64,000 nucleotides of DNA from Marsupella aquatica. Taxonomy: Eukaryota; Plantae; Marchantiophyta. Of the stretch, positions 1-13,300 are shown piece after piece (the stretch's first letter is position 1; each line of letters begins with the position of its first letter). The notes below the pieces were generated by a model that ran no database searches, had not been told where the DNA came from, and saw only the letters and a program-made list of their open reading frames with translations. A program made the position numbers and the translations under genes. Where the stretch lies: the NCBI GenBank assembly GCA_973895155.1, contig OZ316893.1:620860-684859 (forward strand). Direction: 5' to 3'.

Positions 1-1812
1 TCCAGAAAAAGCTTACTGGAGAGAAACCCACAAAAGAGGAGGTTGTGGCAGAAATCAAAAGGGTAAAGTGTGATGAAGGTAGCATTGGATCTAAACAGGT
101 AATTTAGGAGCATTATTGATGGACAATCTGTTATACAGTCCTTCTTCAGATGTACAGTACTGTCAGCCCTTATGCAATTGTAAAATTGCTGAGAAGAGCC
201 GTTTGGTTGGTGTATGTGATATATAGCAGGGAGCAGTGTCTACCCTTACAGAGATATCAGACCGGTTGAAGACTGTGGAGAACGCTTGGCCATCAGTAGA
301 ACTGAGATCAAGAGTCAATTCAAGGACATAGCTAGTCTTCTTCAAAGCCAAGGATCAACCTTAAGGGAAGTACAAGCTGAACTACGTGAGTTGCGGGCGA
401 TGCACATTGCTGGCAGGGTTGAGCACCCAATTGTACATCCATATGAAGAGCCTGCAAATATTGTGAAAGTTGTGCCTACAAAGAAGAGTGGTACGTGTCA
501 TCTGAAATCATGTTTAGTGTAGTGTGACTTTACGTAGGAATTTGAGGTTCATGGATGCAGGATGGTTCAGGTTCAGGTTCTAGACCCTGAAGGTTTGTTA
601 CATTGTGTATCAGGTGATCAGATTGCAGTGGCTGCAGCAGATCCAAAGATCATCAAACCTGGTACAACTGTCATTGAGAGTAAGTAAATGTTGGTTTGAA
701 GACTCTGTCTGGCCTGTTAATGTGGTTGAGTATCTATGCCATGTACGTTTAATTAGTGCAAACTTGATGGTTTGTTGACAGCTTTAGTGCCTATATGCTT
801 AGTTGTAAATGAAGGAATTTGTGGCTGCTATTGAGATACAGAGCCAGCACAAGAGGAGGTGCGCATACCAAATCCAGCAGGCAGGAAGAGGAGATGAAAC
901 TTAGAGGCTACCAAATTTTCAGATTCACAGGAGAAGCAGAGTGATGACAATGATGTGATTTTCATAGACTCTCAGCCTCCCCTAGGTATTGGAGATGAGT
1001 TTTCTCAATCCCCACCACTGATGAACATGGGAAAGATGAGGACCAAAAACAGTGGGAAGGAGACTTTGCCTTACAAGGCACCAAAGAAGAAGAGAAATAA
1101 CACTTCTCCAAAAGGGACAGCAGTGAGCATTGTAGCACAGTCTTCTAGGCTAATGGCAACTGATAATTCTGGTGTTTGTGTTGGGCAAGGCATACTTCAA
1201 ATTGAAGCAAGTACTTTCCATGGAAAGAAGGTACTTGCTGATCATGTTGTGCTGTTGTTGACTGCTATCAGTAAGCCCAAATATCTTGTACCCTTTCCAA
1301 ACAAGGGAGATGATCCGCCACACATCCATCTTGTGGATGCTGTGGAATCATTTGTGATGTGGCCTGAGAAATTTGTAGAGTGTTAGGTACCAAGTACAAT
1401 TTGAGACTCAAAATGTGAAGGATTGTTTCAATATATGACCACAATTTGGAGTACATGATGTTGGGTAATACTCTTTTTTTATGGATTGCTCATATTTTGA
1501 GTTATTATCATGCCATTGTTAGTTGGATTGGTGCTTTTGTGACATTAATCACTCACGGAAAACCCCATATGACTCGAACTAAGTCATTCTAAACACTTAT
1601 GTTTGACTGATGTATGGTTCCAAATACTTGACCCTCTAGTCACTAAAATGACTAATGACACTAGTCAATAATATGACTAAGTTAATCCAAGTCACCACTT
1701 TTACGACTACTAGTTGCAAGAACGACGTCAGTGATTTTCAGTCATACATGACCGGTTTTAGTCATAGTCAGTCGTATTTTATGGTAAAAAATAGGGGGTA
1801 TTTCTAGTAGTG
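1..1812 (+). mobile_element. Right arm of a CACTA/EnSpm DNA transposon (left part lies outside the window)
   Basis: Ends in TTTCTAGTAGTG (1801-1812), the reverse complement of CACTACTAGAAA. Short GACTA/TAGTC/ATGAC subterminal repeats lie at about 1560-1780, and spliced coding remnants lie upstream. Confidence 0.8.
955..1386 (+). CDS. Last exon of a CACTA TnpA/Tnp1-like accessory protein
   Basis: The C-terminal ...CVGQGIL..STFHGKKVLADHVVL..VPFPNKGDDPPHIHLVDAVESFVMWP resembles the En/Spm Tnp1-type C-terminal domain, and it lies just inside the CACTA end. Upstream fragments (for example the 286-522 coiled coil) carry GT/AG sites. Confidence 0.6.
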   Translation: MIFIDSQPPLGIGDEFSQSPPLMNMGKMRTKNSGKETLPYKAPKKKRNNTSPKGTAVSIVAQSSRLMATDNSGVCVGQGILQIEASTFHGKKVLADHVVLLLTAISKPKYLVPFPNKGDDPPHIHLVDAVESFVMWPEKFVEC

Positions 1813-1825
1813 ATTGGTGCTCACT

Positions 1826-2230
1826 ATTTGGGAGAGGCTCTCTGAGATCCATGCTACCTATCTCAAAGAGACTATCCCAGATGGATCCTAAGTATCTGAA
1901 AGAGGCTCTCCAAGATTGATGCTACCTATCTTAGAGAGCCTCTCCGAGATGGATCCCACCTATCTCAGAGAAGTTCTCCGAGATCCAAGCTACCTAGCTA
2001 TCTCAGAGAGACTCTCCGAGATTCATGCTACCTATCTTAGAGAGGCTCTCCAAGATGGATCTTCCCTATCTTAGAGAGCCTCTCCAAGGTGGATCCTACC
2101 TATCTTAGAGAGGCTCTCCAAGATCCAACATAGGTATCTTCAAGAGGCTCTTTGAGATGGATCTTCCCTATCTTGGAGAGGCTCTCCCAGATATGTAGGA
2201 TTTGGGATAGGATCTTTGAGATTGATCCTA
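1826..2230. repeat. Tandem array of ~34-bp units with palindromic core ATCTCGGAGAGGCTCTCCGAGAT
   Basis: Repeated gagaggctctccgagat+ggatcctacctatct, about 11 degenerate copies. Confidence 0.9.
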
Positions 2231-2472
2231 CCTTACAAGCCAACTTCAAATTCTTACAAGCCAACTTCAATTTCTTACATTAATCCCGGAATTCCCTCAT
2301 GAATGGAGGGAGAGGCAACTTTCCCGTGGTTGGCTCATATTTGTCCTTCAGCCAAGAAGAACACTTTAGTAAGGTCATATGATCTTTTGCATGGCAAAAT
2401 CGGAGGGCCGAGGTACTCCAAGAATTTTGCAAAGATCATCCTCCCAAAGAAGCGGGGCTTCTGTTGAAACTG

Positions 2473-3330
2473 CACTAGTAGAAACCGGGCTATATTTAGA
2501 CCCTATTAAATGACTATTCAGCACTGTTTAGGACTAGCAACCAAATGGGTGGGACTACAGTCCTTTATAGGACTGTGAGTTGTATATTTTGTTACTAGAA
2601 TCTATTGAGTCCTTTATAGAACTGCATGATCAGTCTTTTAATAGACTGGATTTTCAGTATGTATGTGTTGCTTTGGCGAGTCATTTTCAGTCTTTTATGG
2701 GCTGTGGTGGTGAGTCGTTGGGAAAGACTACAAAGGTTGTGGTTGGTAGTCTTTAAGAATACTTTGTGGGTTTATAAAACAACTAAAGGAGATACTTTGT
2801 GGGGTATGTATAAGTCTTTCATGTCAACTGGAAATGAGTGATGAAGACTCCGCTATACTTCTTAGAATGACCTCATTCTTGTGCACAAATAATACATTCC
2901 ATTCATGTTCTTTTGTGTATACTCACTCTATAAACTCACCATTCACCATGTTAGCATTAGAACACATAGAGTTTTAGAAAGCCTTCTTCTATACCATGTA
3001 CACTAATATGAAAGGACAGATTCAAACATCATAGACCAGCACGATAGGTCACAAAGCATTCTTCTATACCATACACACTAATCTGAAATGATACAAAACA
3101 AATTCAAGTATCATAGACAATCACCATAGAGCCATAGTTTGACATCAATCACTTGTTTCATACATACACACCGAATTCAGAAATATACATGTCACACATA
3201 ATGACAACAGCTCCTTCATCCTCTTTACCAAATTCAAAATTGGTACATGTGTTTCTTGGATCTTTCCAAGGCAATGTCAAAATGTAACACAATTCACATG
3301 ATTCTATCTACATTTGCATTCAGTCACTAT
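2473..3330. mobile_element. Terminus of a second CACTA element
   Basis: Starts CACTAGTAGAAA at 2473, followed by subterminal gacta/agtcttt repeats to about 2820. The inner boundary is approximate, where the LINE begins. Confidence 0.65.
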
Positions 3331-6300
3331 GGGAGACAAACACACTCTGATGTGTATGCAGCTCGTAGAGAACTGACCCGAACCACTCATTTTGCCCCTT
3401 CATCGGCAGAAATCAAAATGCTGGAAGAGCTTCCCTCTGCAAGAGAGCTACAGGAGACACTAATGATGCTACCCAATGACAAGGCTCCTGGAATCGACGG
3501 AATGACAGCAGAAGTGTTCAGAGCTTGTTGGAACTTCATGGAAGCCGATTTTCATGACATGATTTCTGACTTCTGGAGGATAGGACAACTTGCCTCCTGT
3601 ATCCGTGATGGTGTGATTCGGTTTATTCTGAAGAAAACGGATAAATGCCGTTTGGGAGATTGGAGAGCTTTGACCATGCTAACCACTACCTATAAACTCA
3701 TTGCTAAACTGTTGGCCCTCAGGTTAAAAATACTACTGCCCAGTATGATTAGCCCGCAACAGACTGGCTTTATCCCTGGTAGGCACATACTGGAAAACAT
3801 CTCCCTCACCTGGCTGGCCAATGACTAGATTAATTGTACCTGGACGCCATCTCTTTTCTTAAAACTGGACTTTGAAAAAGTTTTTGACAAAGTAGATCAT
3901 TCCTACATCTGGGAAACGATGTACTTGTTAGGGATAGGATCCCACTTTATTTTTCTTGTCAAATCGTTGATTGGTGGTGCTACCTCCAGGGCTCTGGTTA
4001 ATGGCCTCTGGACCGCTGATGTGAGGATGTGCAGAGGGGTATGACAAGGCTGCCCGCTTTCCCCTTTGCTTTTTGTTCTATCTACTCAACCGCTCATGGA
4101 TTTTTTCAAGGCTGAAATTGAGGCAGGTCGACTACAGGGTATACAGGTGTCTTTAGACTCTTTGCTGATGACCTTGGGATGTTCATTCCTGCCACAGCGG
4201 AGTCTTTTGAACAGGCTAGATGTGCTATTAATTGCTGCGAGCGTGCAACGGGTGCTAAATTAAATCTAAGCAAATTGGTAGTGGTGCCTATTGCATTAGA
4301 TGACATCCCTGGTTGGCTTAGGGAGACTGACTGCCTGATCAATGCGGAAGGAGTTGTCCAAAAATACCTCGAGGCACCCTTTGGATACGGTCTCTCCAAG
4401 GCACAATTGCATGGTTTTTGTCTTGACAGGATCAGTGCCCGGCTCTCATCTTGGTCTACTCGGTTTCTTTCATTCACTGATCGGGTGCTACTGGTCAAGC
4501 ATGTCCTACAGGCTATCCCCCCCGGCTATCCCGGTCTACCACATGATGTTTCTCAGGTCACCTAGTTCCTTGGCTAAGAGACTGATTGCCTTGAGTCGGG
4601 TCTTTCTATGGGGGATGAATAAATAGGGAGGGAAGCGGACCCCCCTGGTCCAAGTTATGTCGACCCAAGATGGAAGGCAGTCTGGGCTTTAAAGAATTTT
4701 GCAGTCATTCTGATGCCCTCTTGAGCCGGTGGTTTACTGGAGCACTGAATCATCCAGGGTCGGAGTGGGCTCTAATGTATGCTGAGAATTTACTGTTGAC
4801 AAAGTGGAGAAACTTTAAGACTGTCCGTAGGAACCGCTACTCCATGCAGGACAAGATTCTTTTAAGCACACCTCGTTTTTTTGGTCATTACACAGGACAG
4901 ATTTGGAGTGCTTAGATGCAGGTGAGAGTGAATCTGATCTTCTGCCCTGGCACCGACTCAATTCCAGGTCATTGGGGGATCAAAAATCTTCTCTGATGCT
5001 TACATGGATACTACGACTTGCAGGAGGACATCAGCCCATTGTTAAGATTTGTGGGAAACTGGGGATCAGGAAAGTATGTGACTTTTGGTCCTCTGCTGTC
5101 CACAAGTGGAAGGACTTACATGTTAAGATGCATCGCATTTGTGGGCTCCCTAAGGATCTCAAGAGAAATTGCTTTGCTCTTCTGGATACAATCCATTTGA
5201 CTACCTTCCAGGGAAGTAACGTGGACTCCCCTGCTAGACAATGGCGTTGGCTTGACCTTGCTTCACATCCCAAGCTATTTGTTTTGTCTAATCAGAGGCC
5301 TTATGATATGCTCCGCACTAAGGGATCTGATTACATTCGGCTAAACAGGATCTGGGATGTCATGCTTTCAGAGAAAGAATGGAGTGATGTCTGGTAGATT
5401 TCTTGGAAATCTGATCTGTCCACCAGGGCTAAAACCTTTGTATGGCGTGTTCTTGCCTAGGGCCTGTTCTCTGGATCCAGGGCCTTGCGGATTTTGAAGT
5501 CTGATGGCTGTTGTGAGCTCTGCCGTGGGTGATTGAGACTATCCCACGCCTTTTCTTTCATTGCCGACATGCACAGAGCTGCTGGAGCAAGACAAGTGGC
5601 TGGTTGAATGGACAGATTATCCCAGGACTTTAGCATTTTTGATCTCCTACTTTCTTGCCGAGTGAAGTCCCCACTGAGCACACAGTACCAGATCCTCTGG
5701 AATATCTGGACTGCCCGGAATGGACAGATCTTTGACTTGACAAAGACCACGAAACGCAACTTTGATCAAATAGCTGTTAATTCTGAGACGCTTGATCATC
5801 TTTCAGGGGTGACAATCACATCTGGAAAAAGCAAGAAACATGATTGTCTGATGAGTGCTACTGCTATACTGGACAGAGAAAGGAGCAAGATTTTAGGTGG
5901 TAGAATTAGACGTATTGAATCTTCATGAAAGTAATGCCCCTCTGCTAGACTCTGGATGGATAGGACTATACAAGATTTGCATGTTTTGATGTATCGATGT
6001 AAGTTAAGCTGAAGGTTCATGAGGGTGTGACCAATTGCTTATAAATTGTCTGGCTTAAGCAGGATATGTATAGTCCACTGCCTTTGGCGTGCGCTCCGGG
6101 TCTGCTTTTTTTTAGATATGTTGCTTTTGGCTTGCCGAGAGCCTAGTGTTAAAAAGATACCATGTTCCTTACTGGACTCTTTGGTCTTGGAGCTTGTACC
6201 CACTGCCCTTTTGGCACTGTTGCCTTTTGGCCTGCTTGGTCCCCTCATCCGTGGGGTTCACGCGGAATAAAATTCAAATTAAAATAAAAAATTAAAAAAT
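3330..6300 (+). mobile_element. 5'-truncated, decayed L1-clade LINE (ORF2 reverse transcriptase and C-terminal zinc-binding region)
   Basis: RT motifs KAPGIDG, WRALTMLTTTYKLIAK, QQTGFIPGR, LKLDFEK, GV*QGCPLSPLLF, FADDL and GAKLN..K are present, with several stops and frameshifts. An A-rich tail (aataaaattcaaattaaaataaaaaattaaaaa) lies at about 6266-6299. Confidence 0.9.
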
Positions 6301-6744
6301 CCTTGGGTTTGTGTAGCCAAATTTTGTTCCCTATAGCGTCGGGCGCTAGTATAAATGTACTTGAGGACCGCTTGAGGTCCAATATAATGTGAAATTGCTT
6401 TTTGCGCAACAAGTTTTTTATGAAAGAGTATGCTCATTATTGGACAAACTTTGCGTAAGGTGCAAAATAAAAGCTTGACTTTAGGGTTTGAATGATATTT
6501 GGTATATATATTGTTATCATTTAGTGTCATTTTTTTGTTGCACATTTGCTGGTATGAGTTTCGTTGTTTGTTGTAACTTGCTGTTTACTATTTGCTGTTT
6601 GCTGTCACGGTGAGATCCCCCATTAGCAAGGTTAGAAAACTGGTGTCAGATGTAGCAAGCTCAGGGTGAATGCATCTCAAAGATGTTTAGTGTTAGTGGG
6701 TAGAACGATCTAATTTTGTATCCTTTCATAATAATAAATGTTCA

Positions 6745-7290
6745 AGATTCCAAATGATGTTGATCCCATCTCGGGGAGGCTCTTCCCATCTCGGAGAGGC
6801 TCTATGAGATTCCAACCCAATGTTGATCCCATCTCAGAGAGCCTCTCCAAGATTCCAACCTTAAATGATCTCATCTCGGAGAGGCTTTTCGAGATTCCAA
6901 CCCAATGTTGATCCCATCTTGGGGAGGCTCTCCGAGATTCTAACCTTAAATGATCTCATCTTGGAGAGGCTCTCCGAGATTCCAACCCAGTGTTGATCCC
7001 ATCTCGGAGAGCCTCTCCAAGATTCCATCCCAGTGTTGATCCCATTTTGGAGAGGCTCTCCGAGATTCCAACCTTAAATGATCCCATCTTGGAGAGGCTC
7101 TCTGAGATTCCAACCCAGTGTTCATCCCAACTCAGAGAGGCTCTATGAGATTCCAACAATTCTTGGAGACTTTGTTGACCAATCTAGGAGAGGCCTCCAA
7201 GATTGACACAAAATAGGACGTCAATCTCGAAGAGGCCTCCGAGATTGATTAAAAAAAAGGGTCAATCTTGGAGAGGTCTCTGAGACTGTC
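6745..7290. repeat. Tandem array of ~41-43-bp units with palindromic core ATCTCGGAGAGGCTCTCCGAGAT
   Basis: gatcccatctcggagaggctctccgagattccaacc(caatgtt/ttaaat) is repeated about 12 times. Confidence 0.92.
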
Positions 7291-7300
7291 CAGAAAAATG

Positions 7301-7347
7301 TTAGTGACTGATATCAGTCACTAATAACTGATGAAATTGCTCCTCTC
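7301..7347 (-). mobile_element. Terminus of a non-autonomous relative of the 39-58 kb Mutator-like element
   Basis: Contains the perfect 24-bp palindrome TTAGTGACTGATATCAGTCACTAA (7301-7324). The reverse complement GAGAGGAGCAATTTCATCAGTTATTAGTGACTGATATCAGTC matches the large element's left end GGGGTCGTGTACTTCATCAGTTATCAGTGA...GTGACTGATATCAGTC at the same 12-nt offset. Confidence 0.7.
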
Positions 7348-10300
7348 TAAGAGGGCTAAGGTTGGTTTTAGTGCCTCCAGACAAATTTCTCTTCATGACC
7401 CCCATATTTGGTTTATTCTGGAGCATCGGTTTATTTCAATCACTATTGGGTGGGGCCTTAAATCAACCTTAACCCATAGTTCCTTTGTGGCCTCGAGAGC
7501 CTTGTGAACAGATTTTTTGGCTCTTTGGTCCTCCAAGGGGTTTCCCTTGTTTGGCAATGTTTAGTGGGTCTCTTGCCTTTTGGATCCTGTCTCCCAAATT
7601 AGCCCATTTTGTTCTTTTGGCAATTTGAGATATGTGTATACAACAAGAGGTGTTGTGTGAATGTGGGTTAATTTGATTTGTTTTTCATGATACCATGTGT
7701 GCTTCTTTCGTAATCAAAATACCCTTATTTTATGAAAATAGGATTGAAATTACTTATTTTACTTTATCACAAATATGCATTACAGAATATTGTATGTTTT
7801 GTGTTGTAAACACTTTATGTTACTTCCTATCTTACTATAAAAGCGCAAACTAAAGCCTACTCTTAAAGGCCTAGGTCTAAAGTGAACCTCTAGACCATAA
7901 CTCAACAAAAGTGATAATGAGTTCAATAAGGACAAAACTTAAAATGAGGATAGACAAAGTGATATACTCTGAATAAAGACAAAACTGAAATGAGGGTAAA
8001 CTAACAACAAGGATGGAGCAAAGATAAATGGAAATAGCATAGAGATTTTATTGTGAAAGACTTTTTTCTTCAAATCTATTTACAGTCAAATAGCAGGTAA
8101 TCGAGCTAGTGTTTTATAAAACTTTGTCAGAATCATAGGAGTAGAATTAGACAGTTTTGGAGGGTACTAAGTATAGTCAAGACCTTACTGAGTGGAGTTG
8201 ACAGCTTGTTGATAGTAAGGGAGACACTCAGTATGACCAGTATTACTGGGATGTCATTGAGAATCTGAGTGTGCTGTGGTTTTTTGGGCCTCTTGGCCTG
8301 ACTAGTGTGATGTGATTTGCCAGGCCTTCCGGCCCTGGGGCATTGGGCTTGTCAGTTCCTTGCGTGTTAGTGGTGGCCCCCGCGCCTTTTTGGGGAAAAA
8401 AACCTTTGTCATAATATATAGATCATTGTACATATTTTGGATCGCAAGTAGCGCCTACTATTTTGGGGAGCTTACCCTCCAGTTGACCTCACAAGATCTG
8501 AATAAAGCTTGGTATGGATCCATCCCAGAATATTTCTTAACATTGAGGTCTATGAGATATGAGAACTTCAATTATCTTCACTTGTCTTTGCAAATGAATT
8601 GATTTTTTGTTTGTAATATCATTCACTCATGCATTCTTTTCAGTACCATTTTGCCCTAGGCCCCAAAGCAAGTATAAAGTAAGGAAACCTATGTGTGAAG
8701 GGACCCCCTTAGTACCCCTTATTAAAAAAATTATAATTAAAATTCCTCTTGTTATTTCTAAAAACACTTTGGCCGAATACAAAAACTGCTTTGGGTTATT
8801 ATAATACACATCATGGTGCCCTTTAATCTCCATTGCGATTCATCTTTATCTTGAAATCACTTACAAATATGCTCCAGGATGCACATCAATAAAATGTAAT
8901 AATTAAATGCGCCATCCTCCGAGGTTTGGAGACACTTAAGTTAAAAACAAGTACTCAAACACAACATGCACATTTGCACCATCTAACCCACACACAAGTA
9001 ATCAATAGAAGGGATATGTGATTCACCTCACTAGATGCTAAGTCCACATGAACACACAAGAAAACTTTATTGAACTCTTGGTCCATTGGCCGTAGCAAGC
9101 AAGTCTCCGAAGACTAAGTTCCCTCTATCTCTTAGATGGCGCAGTAACATAAGCCTAAATTCCAATCATAAATTAAGTCATGTTGGTGAATATTATAGTA
9201 GTAGCACATCTAACAATCTAGGACATAACTACAACTAGATAAACTTTGGTCAACAAGCAATTCTAGACCCAAGAGTAAATGCCTAACTCATACTGAATAT
9301 CTTCAGAGAGCCTTTGCTAACAATACCCATCTTAAACTCTCAACATACAAAATTGTGCTCCAAAATATCACAATTTGTTCTTTGACACAACAGTTCTATC
9401 AATTCAATGGGACAAATCTAATGCTAGATAGATACATTCTTCTCAATCCTTAGCATTTGAAGCAGGATTCAATGACAATAGACTGAAAAAAATTCAACTG
9501 AAAATGATGAGCTCTTCTTCGCTTTGCTTGTTTTGGGCATCTTCACCTGATTTGGACAACACATTTATCTTGCTCCAAGCTCAACTATCAATTACTTACT
9601 TGGTCAAACTCCATGCATATTCGTCAAGCTTGAGTTCTCATCACATGTTCAGTGAACTTTTAACATTGGTCCATGCTTGGCTAATTTGAGCATGGGTCCA
9701 TCTTAGTTATAAAGCGCCAACTACACGCTAGATTTGGGACCTAGGATTCTAGAGTGAAGCCTCTAGACTGCAACTCCATAGCCGATCATGTGTATATGAA
9801 AATTCATGGCTATAATGTATGTCAATTGTTTTATCATGATTTCTATTTACATTCAAAAAATGGGTTCTATGGCCCCACCATAAGTAACATATGTGCATAG
9901 AAAGAGGGATGTGCTTAGAAAGGAGGATGGTAGATTATGTGTGATTATTAAAATGATGACATGCATGATGGGTTTTTTATCACATCATTAACCTTCAAAG
10001 AATGTGAATAGGGTTACATTGGTGACACTTTCATTGTACTCTCTGCTATTCACGTTCAAAGAATGGGTAGTCGGGGCTAGTGCTTAGCTAAGTTTAGCAT
10101 GGGTCCATGTTCTGGCTGGAGATCATAGATCTTATGAAGTCAAGCTATGATTGGTTTTTCTTTGAAGCCACTGACTGGCTACAAGAGAATGGAGCCTCAA
10201 ACTACTATAGTGTGCATGCCAAAGACATGGGTCATGAGCAAGTAGTAGGCAAAGTATGGCATAATATTACTCAGGGAGGTTTGATTTTAACACACTCCAG

Positions 10301-13300
10301 AGCCCCACAATAGATTTGAGATCTATGGCTCCATTCTGATCATTAAATTAAACAAAATCATATGCTTTGAACGGGGCTTTGAATATCTTGTAATATTTTT
10401 AACGAGACAAATGATCTAATCAACTACACATAACCTGATTACATTTTTGTAAATTGGTGATAGTAGAAGTACAAGAGTAGTGAACTTTACAAAAGACTCC
10501 ACAAACTCATTTTTCAGAAAATTTCTTCAAAGTACTAAAATTTGCACAATCAAACAAAACATTAATTTGCATGTGGTTTCATTAACGAATATCATAGTAG
10601 TCCCTAATGCAATGATGTCAATTAAGCTCCATTAGTACAGTCTGCAACTTTAAAAGAGTGTTTTTAGTTTACATTTACAAAGCAAAACTGGGTCTTCTAT
10701 CCATTTTATGTCCAGTTTGTACGATGCATACACTGATGCCTAACTGATTCCATCCAGGTATGCTAGACAACCTTAGATGCTATGGGAGCACTATTCTCCC
10801 AGATTTGAATGTTTGAAATGGCTTGCGCAGGCATTGGGACTTTCAAGGAAACTTACAATTCTCCCTGAATTTCAATGGAAAGAAGCACTAAAGCATCCAG
10901 GAAATCTCAGAATACAATTATGTTTTCGCCATCTTGGTTGACATATGGGGTTATTATTGCCAACATTCTTCAAGAATATTTGATTGGAGAGGCCTTGGCA
11001 TGCTACTCACCTTGCTGCAAGGGCAACCCTGTTGGAATTGGCGATGGTATTACTATAGGAATTGCTTTAGCAGGTGATCTAAGCCGTTGGTATAACAACT
11101 CAGACACAGGATCAAATTTGCTCTCTCCTTGTGGCACAGACTTGGCTCATGTTAGTTCTTTGACCTGATTTTTGTCTTACTTGGTGATTGCTTGTTTTGG
11201 GGTTTCTTTCAACTTTGTATTCATGTTTTATTTGACATTTTTATTGATTTAATTATTGTAAGACACATACATAAGAATTACTTTGATAGTGCGTCACATA
11301 CAAAACTTATTTGTTTAATTGTCTTCCATGAAACTTTGTGTGATCGTTTAGAGCCTCAGTTAATCACCTAAAATGGATCTTGAAAACCTTATGTCATACA
11401 TATCTCACATCCACTCCACACTCGCACAAGCAAGGTCAAAGAAATATTGTCTTCCCTAAATTTACATGTATTTAGGATGACTGTTGTGATTATAAAACTC
11501 ACTAGAGATCAGCTTCATATCACAAATTGAAAGCACAACCAAAGATAAACTTTGAATTGTTGTAGAAATGTGAACTCCATTAAGCATATCCATCAAAGAT
11601 TGAGATTTGATTGTGTCCAATTAGATGATCAACGTTTTACATTGCTTGATTCTAAGCTAAGAATATGCATTACCCTTATGGCTTCTTCTTTTGTAAGTAA
11701 GTATAATGTTCACTGTTTTGGTTGTCAAAGAGCACTTGGTCCACTATAATCTCAAAGTCAAAACTTGTGGCATATCCTAACATCCCTTTTGATGGAAATT
11801 CAAGGGAAGTAGAAAAGTACAATGGGCCTTTATTGTTTCTTGCCCTAAGTATACTTTTGAAACAAATGCACTTATTGTTTCTTTGAGAAATATCCCAGAT
11901 TCCCGACAAAACCTGATGAAATGGGACCCTCTTTTCTTAGTTTTCAAGCTTAAGTTTCTTCACTAGACCATCCTTCTACTATTTACAGAAAGTTGCATAT
12001 ATTATTCTAGTTTTTACATGCATTTACAAATGCACTTTTCTGCTATCAACCTGACGTATGATTAAACTGAATTGTCAAAAATGTTTGGCTGTAACAGTAG
12101 CTTTTTCCCTGTCACCATTTTGTCCCTCCTTTAGTCTGCGCGCCTGTCACCCCTTGCTTCTCCCTGCAGATAGACAGATGAATGGAGGAACTATTGTATG
12201 TCTAGAGCCCTCACTAGGACGGAACCCACTGTGGCTAGTAAGTATCCCACTGAAGAGAAACTAACATTATTTGGACTATATTGTGTTTCTACATTCACAG
12301 GCTTAATTAGTGTTTTTCCCCTTTAATAAACAATAACATGATCGGGAACATGATCAGTACCAAGATAATGGCTAGAGCACCATCATAAATTCATAGAGAA
12401 ATTATTATCACAAATAATATGTGATCAATGGAGCTTCTTTACCAGAAAATTCTAGCTGACTTTGACCCCATTTATGCAGGTTTTAATCAAAGGCAGTGTA
12501 GCAATTTTTGTACCACAAGTTGACCAGTTAAGCCTGTTTGCACTGACCAATTCAAGTCTTCTTCAACTTTCACAAAATGTGGGTACAATCACTCATGAAA
12601 ACTCTGGTTATCAATAGTATACTATTACTACCAGGCAACTTTAGCGGCAATATAATTAAAAACTGCTCATAAGATATAGAAATAACTAATTTTTTTATAA
12701 AGAATTTCATAAATTTGATATCCCAACTATAACATTCACATTAAAAACTATCCACAATGATGACTTTTTCACAACCACTACTAAATACACTAAAATCTTG
12801 AACTAAGAGCTTAACATTCATAATTCCTACTTGGTGCAATGTCAAGCTCCTCAACCACCTGAGTGGGGCACTAGTGGTCAGCTAAGGTCACCCAAGATGA
12901 CTTGTGATCAGAAAATCTCAAGTTTAGTCCCTTTAATAGAGTTATACTCTAGGTTTTTCTTGTGTACATAATATGGGCTCTGTTTCAGACTGGCTTTGGA
13001 CAGATCAAATGTGTTAAAAGTATAGGCATTTCTCATCGTCGTCTAAATTTAAGGAAATTTAAAATATATCAACCAGGTTTTCCCTGCTTGCAGACTAGTT
13101 GCACACCTTGTTCTATGCTAAGGTGGTTTCCCATTATCTAGAAAACTAAGTCAACCTCTTGAATTATGGCATGTTCATCTTGGAACATGTCTCTTTTTTT
13201 GTCTTGTAGTGATATGCAATTTTATGATAAAAGAAGTAGGTAACTAGGTACATGTAAAGTATATGCCAATAAATAAATATCTCTTAATTAAGAGCGAGTG

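Noticed and set aside
6745-7290. CRISPR-like palindromic repeat array (also 1826-2230 and 55404-56180)
   Set aside because: The sequences between repeats are short and themselves repeated, not unique spacers. There are no cas genes and the context is eukaryotic.
10740-11260. 97-aa ORF at 10875-11168
   Set aside because: No recognisable domain. It is probably a decayed LINE 3' remnant followed by a T-rich tail.
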